Of a stretch of DNA of 64,000 nt, positions 1-12,070 are shown piece by piece. This DNA comes from Azolla caroliniana. Lineage: Eukaryota; Plantae; Polypodiophyta. How positions within the stretch are numbered: the first letter of the stretch is position 1; each line of letters opens with the position of its first letter. The stretch covers positions 13,702,001 to 13,766,000 of the forward strand of contig JBHGNT010000007.1 in assembly GCA_043228905.1 (NCBI GenBank), written 5' to 3'. Below the pieces are notes generated by a model. It worked only from the letters and a program-made list of their open reading frames with translations, was not told where the DNA came from and did not search any database. Made by a program: the position numbers and the translations under genes.

Positions 1-1094
1 TAACATAGTGATGTTTGCAGTCTGTGGACTGCCGTGGTTTTTCCCGTGTTTGGGTTTTCCACGTAAACATCTTGTGTACTCTTCTCTTTACTGTGTCATG
101 CGTACATTACCCATTTTTCTGTGTTTGATCCTAGACTCGGTTGTGGCCGAGCGTTGTTTTTCGGGAGCGTGTAGTCCTATCAAAGTGGTATCAGAGCGAA
201 ATGACACAAAAAATGGACGAATCGTTGGGAGGCATGTTCAAGCTCATCGGCTCCAATTACTCAGTGTGGAAGTCGAAGATGAGGGACATGCTCGTGGTTA
301 AAGATCTTTTGTTGTCGGTTCAGTTCGGAGACAGTAGACCGGACAAAATCGATGCCACGATATGGGAGGTGATGCACATGAAGACAACGGCATACATACA
401 GTGCTTCATTCTCCTCTCTCTTAGAGGGTATCTCCGTCCTTGGTTTTCGGCAACCGGTTCCTCTGTCTATTCCGAATCTGAATCTGATTCAGGATCTTGT
501 CTAGTTCTAGTGTCTTCTTCTTTGTCGTCGTCGGTCGGTTTAGTTTCTTGTCCAAATCCGGCCGGTTCGTCGAGTGCCATCAAGTTATCGGCTAACATCC
601 GGTTTTCAACCGGGTAAGTCCTTGTATCCTCAAGCTAGTTTTCATTGGATGATCCGGAGTTCATTGCCTTCATCTCCGACTCCCAATCGGCAATGGTCTT
701 GTCTTCCATGAAGACTATGTCCCGACTCCGGAACACCTTCTTGTCGACCAGATCCCACACCTGGTAACCGAACTCATCATCGTCGTATCCAAGGAATATG
801 CATGGCTTGAACTTCAGATTCAACCTGCTCTCTTGTCCTTTGCAACATGCACATATGCGAGACACCCGAACACCTTCAGATGTCGGTAAGACACGTCTGT
901 ACCGGTCCATACTCTCTGTGGTGTGTCTCCGTCTAAGGGTGCTGAGGGTGATCTGTTTATCACATATGTCATTGTCATTAGCGACTCAACCCAAAACGTC
1001 TTGGGTAGCTTTGTATTTGTCAGCATGCTCCGGACTCTCTCCATCACGGTTCGGTTCATCCTTTCGGCCAACCCGTTTAATTCTGGCGTCTTTG
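1..1094. mobile_element. Rearranged Ty1/copia remnant of the element C family: partial LTR, PBS and gag start (+), fused to an inverted integrase segment (-)
   Basis: The LTR ends in CA at 182. PBS TGGTATCAGAGC (tRNA-iMet) is at 186-197. Gag (NYSVWKSKMRDMLVVKDL) runs 213-410 on +. From 411 to ~1094 the minus strand encodes integrase and spacer (ELNGLAERMNRTVMERVRSML, CIFLGYDDDEFGY) closely matching element C. Confidence 0.85.
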
Positions 1095-1889
1095 TCATCT
1101 GCCACTGCCCGGTGCAAGGCCCTCATCATCAATCCCACCATGCATGTCTTGCAGAGGTTTCTCAACAACAGAAAAACGACCAAGTCTAGTTGCAATAGGA
1201 GCCATGCCATTGGACACTTTTCGTTACCCTACTTCTCCGTACTCCTACAATTCAGCCATGCCAGCAAGAGGTTTTACTTTGCAAGTAAGTCTTTGTTTTG
1301 GGTCAACTTCAATACAATCCCATGCCTTGCTGGATTCTGGTGCATCTACTTGTTTCATCGATATCGTGTTCATCCGAGCACATAAAACCCTCACCGCCCG
1401 CACAACACAACCCATATCCGTTGAAGCTATCGACGGAGGGGTTCTCTCTTCGGGGGAGGTTACCGAACCCACTATCCCATTGATACTTTTAGTTGGGTTC
1501 CATCATGAGGTATTAACATTCTACCTCATTGCAACCCCTCAACTTCCAATTTTTTTAGGGCTCTTATGGTTGGGAACACACAATCCAACAGTAGATTGGT
1601 GCAGCCGCTCCTTCACTTTTCCACAAACACCAGCGCGGGTCACGACTCCCCACCCTGTTACTTGTGTGGGGGCTGCTTTCAGCTTGGGTGCACATTCTTC
1701 TGAATTCAACTTAGTCTCCGACACTGCTGATTCCTTTGTGGCCAATTCAAACTTGGTCACTTCTATGTTGGTTGTGTCACAGGACGTCTCTTTTCCTGTC
1801 ACCAATTTTCACGCAAGATATAGCGACTTTTTGGATGTGTACAAAAAGAGAAATGCAGATCGGTTACTGGCACATTGCCCCTATGATTG

Positions 1890-2409
1890 TGTTGGGAAAC
1901 AAGTCCCTCTAGATGGGAAGTGAAGAGCCGAGTTGATGAGTAACTCGGCCTCGGCCGAAACCTAAATCATGAATACATCCAACTCAGATGACTATACTTG
2001 TAAATAGTCAAAATGTGCCCTTGTGGGCTATACTTGTAAATAGCCAAAAAGTTGCTTTCGTTTATAAGCAACTAGGGCAAACTTTATGAGGATATATCAT
2101 TATTGTGAAAGTGGTTTCCTGGGTAACTAAGAGAAAGCAAGAGGAAGAGTGTGAGAGTGTAACTCTATAGCCGTCTGTTGACTAGGAAGAACCTCGAGGT
2201 CGTTGCCTCCGAGCTTCTTGTTTTACTCCTCTCATCATCATAGTGATTCTGTTTTGGAGTTTGTGGACTCCACGTGGTTTCCATGGTAAATCTTGTGTCT
2301 CTCTGTACTTGTTTTTCTTGCATTCACGTTTTTCTGTCTGTGTACTAGTTCTTGATTTCTGCACACGAATACGAACATGTAACCGGTTGTGGCCGGTCAA
2401 TTCCTAACA
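1890..2409 (+). mobile_element. Solo LTR (copia C-related family) inserted in Z between protease and RT
   Basis: Termini TGTTGG...CTAACA. It interrupts HCPYDC|PIKL. Degenerate 5-bp TSD (GATTG/AATTT). Shares motifs with the LTRs at 1-182, 15927-16728 and 54839-55410. Confidence 0.8.
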
Positions 2410-5400
2410 AATTTCCCAATCAAACTCCAAGATGGTGCACATCAACCATTTGGGCCCATCTATGGGCTATCCGAACCCGAACTTGAGGCTCTTCACACAT
2501 ATATGGATCAAAACCTCCGCAAGGGCCTCATTCAACCCTCCAAATCACCGGCTGACCTTATTTGTCAAGAAGAAGGACAACTCATTACGCCTATGTGTGG
2601 ATTATCGAGGTCTCAACAAAATTACAGTACGTAATAGTTATCCCTTGCCTTTAATTCCAACACTCTTCGACCGGGCATATCTTCTCCAAAATTGACCTTC
2701 CAGGAGCCTACAATCCGGTGTGTATCAAGCCTGGAGACGAGTGGAAAACGGCCTTCCGGACATGCTATGGACATTTCGAGTAAAAGGTGATGCCTTTTGG
2801 TATCACCACCACCCCCGCAGTCTTCCAGCACATGATGAACAATATATTTTGGGAGTATCTCGATCACTTCATGCTTATCTACCTTGACGACATTCTAGTT
2901 TTTTCTTCCAACATAGAGGAGCACACACAACACGTCCGACTGGTTCTATCCAAACGTCGGGTACATGGGCTTTACACCAAAAGTGAGAAATGTGAATTCG
3001 ATCAGACCTTTGTCGAATTCCTAGACTATGTGATATCCCCCTCTGGGATCACAATGGATGCACACAAGGTAGTGGCAATCACCGATTGGCATGTCCTTAC
3101 TCGGTTCAAAGAGGTACAATCATTTCTTGGTTTTGCAAATTTCTATCGACAATTTATCAATGGTTTTTCCTCTTTAGTGCAACCTCTAATCATCCTTACT
3201 AGAAAAGATACTCCATTTCTTTGGACCTCCTTGGTGTAAAGTGCTTTTGATGCCCTCAAGGCAGCTTTTCTCATAGCCCTAGTATTGGTCCACCCCAACC
3301 CCACAAGGCCCTTCCAAGTTGAAACCGACGCCTCCGACTTGCCATTGGAGTTGTCTTGTCCCAACTAGACGACACGGGCACACTACATCCTAATTCCTTC
3401 TACTCTCAGAAGTTTACAGCCTCGTAAATCAATTAACCGGTCTACGATAAGGAGTTTGCAGCAATCATTTTTGCCTTTGCCGAATGGCGACCCTATCTGG
3501 CCAGGGCCCAACATCGTATCCAGCTGCTGACCGACCACAAAAATCTAATTTACTTCAGCACCAGTCGTACATTGAATCGTAGGCAAGCCCGATGGTCATC
3601 TTTTCTCACCGACTACGACTTCGAGATCTTGTTTTGACCCGATGTTCAACATGGGAAAGCTGATGCCCTCTCTGGGCAACCTGATTTTGCATTGCGCCCA
3701 AGGGATGACGCATATTTGCAACAATCCCAATGTTTGTTGAGGCCCGATCAACTTCAGATGTTCGCCACCTACATGTTGTTATCATGGACACACCAAACGC
3801 GGACTAGGATGGAGCACAAATGTTGGGGCTACGAGCAACAGATGAACTTGGAGCTAGATGTGACAAGGCTAGGAACTCTAGATGTTGTGAGTGACATGAG
3901 GACATGAAGATAGAAATAAAGATCAAGGAGACAAAGATGAGGCGAAATGAGAATACTAGATTGATGTGTCAATGACTAGTGTTGAATCTCGTGAAAGGGA
4001 CCAAGGACGTTACAAGTATTTATACAATGAGTTAAAGTACATGCATTAGAATATTCTTGAGAATATTTTGGACAATATTCTAGAACCCTCTAGAACCTTC
4101 TAGTTCTAGAACTTTCTAAAATCTCCTAGAACGTGAATAGATCATCTATGAAGATATACATAACACGATTATGTACTTGGATGTGTTGGTTAAAATATGT
4201 AAAGAGTCGATGGTGATTCTTGTGCAGCGGAATAGATATGTGTGTTATGTGTGTGTTTGAGAGAGAGAGAAAAAAAAAAATATAGAGGAGAGAAGATAAC
4301 ATAAGATAGATAAGCAAGAGAAATAAAATACTCAAGAAGAAGAAGATGTATATTTCACAAGTAGAATGGAGATACAAAATTGTAGCATTACAAGGAGTCA
4401 CAACCAACATTATATAAAGTATGCGGAGGGTGCTTTATATAGAGTCACCCTCTCTCTTCATTAACTTACAACAACCACTCTCTCTCTTGGGGAATGTGAA
4501 AACTCATATTCATGGGGCATATGTAACTCATTAGTTATGTGTCATAGAATATGATTCTATGACACATAGTTAATGTGCAGAGAGTAGTGGTGTGACTCTT
4601 GACCTTTGAGTAATCATGGATTCTCAAAAGGTGTGTTCACACATTGCACTATGTTGAGCTTGATTCTCAATACACCCCCTCAAGCTCAACTCGGGTCGGT
4701 TCCTTTTGATTGATGTCCGCTTCGGCTAGTATCCGGTTTGGACGATCTCCGGTGTCCGCTTTGGCTCGTACCCGGTTCGGATGGTATCCGGTTCTCGCTT
4801 GTACTCCCCCTCAAGCTTGTTGGCTCGTAAGGCTTTGGTGAAGATGTCGGCCCTCTGAAGATTCGTGTTGATGTGTTGAAGGTCGACATCTCTGGGTTGT
4901 ACGCGCTCTCAAATGAAGTGATAGTGCACTTTGATATGCTTTGTGCGTGCGTGGAACACCGGGTTTCGAGCCAGATATATACTGGTCATGTTGGATCCTT
5001 GATGGGGACGCCCAGATCCTTCAAAATCCTCTTCACCCATACGGCTTCACATGCAGCTACGACTACACCCCTGTATTCGGCCTCCGTACTCGAAACTCTG
5101 ACGGTAGGCTGCTTCTTACTACTCCAAGATATTGCTCCGCTACCGAGCAAGAAGATAAATCCGGAGGTCGATCGTCGATCGGCTTTGTAGCCTGCCCAGT
5201 CCGCGTCTGTGTACCCTTCGAGTCATATTGGTGTGGCCGATGCGTAGTGAACGCCATAATCCGTTGTGCCGCTCACATATCATAATACTCGCTTAGCGCA
5301 ATCGAAATGGGTATCTCGCGAAGTTTGTAGGAATTGGCTAAGGAGTCCAACTGGATAGCTAACATTGGGTCGAGTGATCGTGAGATAGATGAGGCTCACA

Positions 5401-6121
5401 CTTTTGTGCCGGAGTCGGCATCCAATTTAAGGTTTCAATCAACAGGGCTTGCAAGATCATCCACGTATAGGATGATGTCAATTAAGCTTCTAGAGTCGTG
5501 ACGTACGTAGAGGGAGTTGTCGGATTTCGACATTTGAAAGCCGATTTGATGAAGATAGTGCGTAATCTTCAAATGCAAAGCACGTGGTGCTTGCTTAAGG
5601 CCATAGAGTGGCTTCTTGAGTCGACACATGGCTTTCAAATGAATGCGTGATTAGAAGCCGGGAGGTTGTACCATGTACACGTCCTCTTCTAATTCGCCTT
5701 GCAGAAAGGCATTCTTGACGTCCATTTGGTGGAGGTGTCACCCTTTTGCCGCTGCAAGTGCGATCACGGTCTGCACCATCCTCATCTTTGCCACCGGGGC
5801 AAAGGTCTCTTCATAGTCGACTCCATGTGTTTGTGTGTATCCTTTCGCTACGAGTCGAGCTTTGTATCGGTTGACGGAGCCGTCGGCATTATACTTCACC
5901 TTGTAGATCCATCTATAGCCAATTGCCTTCTTCTGCGGTGAGTGGGGAATGAGATCCCATGTCTCGTTCTTGCGTAGTGCATGCATCTCCTCGTTCATTG
6001 CTTCGATCCATCACGGGTCCTTCGCGGCTTCAGAAAAGATTTCCGGCTCCCGCTATCGTGGAGAAAACCGACCTTAGGCGGAATTAATGCAAAAGGTGCG
6101 TGAACCGGCCCTTACGAGCGG

Positions 6122-9100
6122 TATCGTGTTGTTACGCTTTCGCGTATGAAATAAGGCGGGACCACGGGGGTCCTAAACCGAGGAGCGTGAGAGATTAGAG
6201 GGAGAGAGATTCGTACAAAACACAGAGAGACAGAAACGCGAAAATCAATTCCAATAACAGTATAGATTACTGAGCTTGCAATGTTACAACCGACAAGCCG
6301 GCAACAAACTCAACACATACGAACGCACGCACTAAAATTCGTATTGGAGCCTCTATCGGAAGCACACGGGCTTTCATGCAGTAGAGGCAGCCAGCTTAAC
6401 CCAAAGTCCCTGCGGAAACAACAATGATGGTGGAGGAGAGAGCTCGATTCCCAATCCGACAGCACTTCATCCGCTCAAAATGCGTGATCCCTGTATCAGT
6501 CTTTTCCCCTCCCTTTTATAGGCCGCCCAGGAAGATCGTTACACTCTCGGTTACATGCATTCATCCTCTGTCCCGTCGGACAGAGATTCGCTTAGATTCC
6601 CTACACAATTAATGCGTACTACCTAGTATAATTACATCGGCTGAATCAGACCTAGTTATGTACAACTTAGTAAATAGTGCGGCCACGCGTAAGGGTCGGT
6701 TCCTGCGTCTTTTCCCCCTGTTTCCTCCTATGTCTCCACGACATCCACCCCCACCAAACCGCGCATCCACCGGCATGCACCAGAGAGGAACAGTTACTAG
6801 AGAAACTGGCTCGCCTCTACTCGTCGCTCCCCGATCCTTCGTCTACTCCGATCCAATCATCCTCGCTCCCCGAGTCCGGCTTGTCCTCGTGCCGCTTCTT
6901 GAACACCTTGATTTGCTTCCCGGCTACCGGCACTATTAACCGCGTCCTGTCGAGCTCCGCAAGATGATACGTCCCGTTGTCATTCGTGCTCGTTACGGCG
7001 TAAGGCCCGAACCACCTCGTCATGAATTTGCGCGTTGCCTTGTGTTGGTTGTCGAGGCTGTTGTCGTACACCAACACCCAGTCGCCTTCCTCGATCTTCT
7101 TTGGCCGTAATCGGTGTGTCCGGTCGAACCGGCCTTCGTTCCTCTCTCTCGCCATTTGCAACTTTGTCTTTGCCGGCTCCACGTCCTCCAGTCTTCGCTC
7201 AAGCTGTCGAATCCGCACCGCCAACAGCTCTTCTTGGCTCGTCTCGTTCCTCCAACCTATCACCACCCACGAGGAAATTGTCCACTCCACCGGCATGACC
7301 GGTTTTTGCTCGTACATCAACTCCGCCGGCATGTACCCGGTCACTGAACTATGCGTCGTCCAGTCCGCCCATAGTACGTAGGGTAGGAGTTGTGGCCAAT
7401 TCCTGACATGGCCTCTGCAGGCCCGTACCAATGCCTTTACGATTGGCTCGTGTCCGCGCTCCACCTTCTCGTTTGCCTTCGGATTATACGCCGTAGTGAG
7501 CAAGAGTTTAACCCCTAACCGTCCAAACAGCTCTTCGGCCTCCTGTGCATCCAATTCCCCATGGTCCGCTATGATCTTTCCTATGCACCCATATCGGCAT
7601 ACTACCTCTTCGATTAGAAACCGGCACACCGCTGCAGTCGTCTTGTTCTGCAGTGCGCGGCCCTCCACCTGGTTCCTCAAATCCTCCCGCGCAAGCACCA
7701 AGTACCACATCTACCCCACCCCCATCAGCATCATCACTAAGTCTACCATCTACTTGAAATGGACGGTTGGCAGGTAGGTCGGGTGTAGCTCATCTCGATG
7801 TCGGACTGTGGAGTGCAGCTGACAGTTTTCACACGTCGTCACGAACTGGTACACATCCCGGTACAACCCCGACCACCAATACTTCTCTTTCAGTTTCTCA
7901 AACGTGGCCCATGTCCCGCGGTGTCTGGCCCACGGACACTCATGGTACGCCGTTAGCAACTCGTCCTGCTCTACCTTTCTCGCCACTACGCGGAGTGGAA
8001 CGCCGCCTCGCTTCTTTGGGACCATATACTTCCATCCCGTAGGAAGAATCGGTACGCTTTCTTTCGGATCCGGTTAGCCTCCTCTCTGGTCCATGCCGCG
8101 TCTGGCGTCATTATCCTCAGGAACCTTCCAATCTAGAGCCACTCCCCGTCGTACTCGCTCTCGTTGAACTCGTTAAGCGCCGGAGTGCTCCCTGCCCTCG
8201 CCACTACGCGAGCCGACTTGAAGAAGTCTATGCCGACTTCTTTGTCCTCCGAAACCATGTTGTTCTCGTCGTCGAACCGCGCTCTCGAGCACCTCTGCAT
8301 GGATGCCTGGTGTCGCTACCCGAGGGAACCCAGACAAACGCCTCTCCCGGTAGGCCACCAAATAACTAGTGGCGTCCTTCCCATCGAACCAGCCTATTGT
8401 GCCTACAATTGCTTCAATGGCCCTGTCGAGGGCGCCCGTGCCCTCGCGAGCATTTACTATCCGATCAACTGTTGCAGCGATGGCTTCGGTGAGCTCTGAT
8501 CCCCTCATTTTCGATTCCTCTACCGCCTTGTTTCACGTCGGGTTCACCAAATAGATGTCGTGTTGTTACGCTTTCGCGTATGAAATAAGGCGGGACCACG
8601 GGGGCCCTAAACCGAGGAGTGTGAGAGATGAGAAAGAGAGAGATTCGCAGAGAACACAGAGAGATAGAAACGCGAAAATCAATTCCAATAACAGTATAGA
8701 TTACTGAGCTTGCAATGTTACAACCGACAAGTCGGCAACAAACTCAACACATACGAACGCACGCACTGAAATTCGCAGTGGAGCCTCTATCGGAAGCACA
8801 CGGGCTTTCATGCAGTAGAGGCAGCCAGCTTAACCCAAAGTCCCTGCGGAAACAACAATGATGGTGGAGGAGAGAGCTCGATTCCCAGTCCGACAACACT
8901 TCGTCCGCTCAAAATGTGTGATCCCTGTATCAGTCTTTTCCCCTCCCTTTTATAGGTCGCCTAGGAAGATCGTTACACTCTCGGTTACATGCATTCATCC
9001 TTTGTCCCGTCGGACAGAGATTCGCTTAGATTCCCTACACAATTAATGCGTACTACCTAGTATAATTGCATCGGCTGAATCAGACCTAGTTATGTACAAC

Positions 9101-9184
9101 TTAGTAAATAGTGCAGCCATGCGTAAGGGTCGGATCTTGCGCCTTTTCCCCATTTCCTCCTATGGCCGGTTTCCTCCACGATCA
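6122..9184 (-). mobile_element. Internally deleted non-chromovirus gypsy element E with a tRNA-Trp PBS
   Basis: Near-identical LTRs at 6122-6743 and 8556-~9184. PBS complement TTCACGTCGGGTTCACCA at 8532-8549. PPT complement at 6744-6755. A gag fragment (8290-8508) is joined directly to the RNase H end and integrase. Confidence 0.88.
6817..8290 (-). pseudogene. Gypsy integrase of element E, disrupted by stops and frameshifts
   Basis: Zinc-binding H..H/CENC (7750-8025); catalytic core AREDL...IADHGE...TTAYNPKANEKVERGH; GPY/F motif RWFGPY (ORF 6817-7710). Confidence 0.85.
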
Positions 9185-11436
9185 TGGGCACAAGTATTGA
9201 TAAGTTGTACATAATTAGGAATAGGTCGGCTGATGTAAATATACTAGGTAGTACACATTTATTAAGCTAGGAAATCGATTCGTATCTACGTCTGAAGGGA
9301 CAGGGAATAATGGTGAGGTATTCAGGATGTGACGGCCCTCCCCGGCGGCCTATAAAGAGAGGGGAGAAGGCTGAAACAAATATCGGTTTTTAGGCGAGGA
9401 CGGAGTGTTGTCAGACTGGGGACCGAGCTTTCTCCTCCTCTATCCTTGTTCTCTACAGGTTTCTGGAATAGTTGCCACTGCTTCGAGGAAAGCCCGAGTG
9501 CTTCCGGCAGAGCCACTGTGCGCGTGCATGTGTGTGTGTGTGTGTCTTGTGTCTATTACCGGCATGCCGGTTGTAACCTCACAAGCGTTGTAACCCTTTC
9601 TAGTCAGAATTAACTCTCCAATTTATTGTCTCTTTGTGTTTTTGCGTGTTTTCCCCTTTCACTGTCTTGTGGGTGTGCATCTCTGTTCGTTCTGTACACG
9701 CGGTCGTGATTCATTTGGCCGGTAAGCGCTACTTGCCGAAAGCCGGCGTCCGCCGGTTCAACTCTTGCGCTCTCCTCTCTCCCCTTGTTTCTTGCACTCC
9801 TCGGTCCAAGTCCTCTTTGGTTCCGCCTTAGTTTCCTACACAAAAGATGGTGGCCGAAGGGGTGAAGGAGTTCGGACGAGTGATAATGAGATGGGAAGCG
9901 GCGCAGAAAGCTATTGAGCGAGTGGTCGAAAGAGTCGTTCGTTTCAACGGGGACAAAGTCCCATTCTACTTGGAAGCCTACAACGTAGAAATGGAGGTGC
10001 GAAGCGTAGACGAGGCGTAGACGAGGCGTTGAGGCTAGAATTCTTCCGTCGGGTCGTCGTCGTCCGTATGCATGCGGAAGTAAAGGAGCTCTGAGAAGCT
10101 CATAGTTCGTGGGAGGCCTTCGAAGAGGCGCTCCCGCAGGAATACGGAGGACGGCGAAAGAGCCGGGGACGACGCGACTTTGACCAGTGGGTTGCATTGG
10201 CGAAGACCCACCGGGGCACAACGAAGGTGTTCCGAGAGTTTGAGCGGCAACTTGCTCGGCTCCCGGAGCGGGATCAAAGACTGGTGGGGGTAGAAAAAGA
10301 TTTGTTGTTCGTTAGGTAGATCAACCGAGGGGAACGGAAGGCCATCAGAATTGAGCTCAAAGACGACGACAAAGCGAATGGCCTTACCGAGGACTGGTCG
10401 GAAGTCGAATGAGTATGCCAACAGTTGGATGGCAAGCGGTCCGCGAAAGGCAAAAGGAAGATAACGCGTGACGGTGTGTCATCACGGCATGAAGCCGGCA
10501 CGCAACAAGAAGGATCGGTGAAGCTCGATGTCGAAGCCTTGATCTGGGAAGCGTATGAGGCTCTGAAGGCGATGGTCGACGAAGAAGAGAGATTCGGCAC
10601 GTGACCGAATTTTGAAGACTCGGAGCTAGTCGGCCTTCTGAACAAGGCGGACATGGCCCAACCAGAGGCCGAAGAATGATACCACAGTACCACGGGAGAA
10701 GGTGTGGAGCAAGAAGCCCTCTCGACTTGCGGACAAAGACCGGCCGAGGAGGAGGTCGGGAGCAGAGAAGAGCCCTCCACGCGGATTCCGGAGACTCCGG
10801 CAATCGAGCCCGTGTGCCGGCATATGACCGGAGAGATGGAAGGTGCAAGCGAAGATGGATGGGAAACGGCCTGCGAGGAGGTCGAGGACAGAGCCGCGAT
10901 AGAGAAGAAGGACGGAATGAGAGGCGGCGCCGAGGGGAGCACAACCAGGATGTGGGTCATTCAACCGAAAGTGGCCCGAGACACCGAACACAAGGGAGAG
11001 GTAGTAGAGCCAATCGACAAGGGCCATGTTCGGTATGAAGGTGCCGATACGAGAGAGGGTGTGGGATGAGCCGCCCTCTTTTATATGGGGAGAAAGACCA
11101 ATCAGGTGAAGGTCAGGAATCGGGAAGAAGATGATCGAGGGTATGGAACGAGTCCGGCGGGATCGGCATCGGAGCCGAAACTCCGGACATCGGAGAATCA
11201 AGCCCAAGTGGGGCTTGATCGATCATAGAGCAGATGCTATCAACCGACACCACTAAAAGGGTTGGTGGCCTTGGACGAGTTGTCGGGAGCCGTTTCGGAA
11301 TCGGTACCCCCACATCTCATCCGGAGACTCCGGTAGCCGGCCCGATAGCTGGTATGAGACCTAGAGAGATGGAAGATGGAGGCGGGAGGTGGGAGGTGGG
11401 AGCACAACAAGAAGGTCGACAACGAGTTTGAGAGAA

Positions 11437-12070
11437 GATCTGGAAGCGCAGGAACGAAGACCAGTCCTATGGGTCACCTCACACCGGGCTAGAGACTTTG
11501 GTGGTTGGCATTGGATCCGACGTAAGACCAAGATACTGACGGTGGCGGCAGGAGAACAGGACCCGGCAATGCAAAGTGACGGGCAAACCCAGACGAGAAC
11601 CAGGCAGAGCGGACTTCCGGATAATTGATCCGGAAGCGGAGTAACGAAGACCGGTCCTATGGGTCACCTCACACCAAGCTAGAGACTTGGCAGTTGGCAT
11701 CGGATCCGACGTAAGACCAAGATACTTACGGTGGTGGCAGGAGAACGGGATCCAGTGATGCAGAGAGATATCGGACAAGCCGGATGAGAACTGGCAGAGC
11801 GGACTTCTAGATAACCAATCCAGAAGGGAGGAGGAAAAAGGCCTACGAAGAGGCCGGAACATGGTACATCGGTACCACAGGAGAGGGTACGGAGCAAGCC
11901 ACCCTCTCGACGTGCAGAGAAGGACGACCCGGGATAGGGTCGGGAAAGACGAGAGGCCCAATGAGGATCCTTCACACCAGGCTAGTGACTTCGGCAGTCG
12001 ACAGTGGAGCCAACGTAAGACCAAGAGACTGACGGTCGCGGCAAGGGACGAGGCCAAAGGCAAGGATGGG
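11437..12070 (+). repeat. Imperfect internal direct repeats (~190-bp unit) within element F
   Basis: GAAGACC(A/G)GTCCTATGGGTCACCTCACACC...CGTAAGACCAAGA occurs at ~11456 and ~11646, with a more diverged copy at ~11965-12030. Confidence 0.7.
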
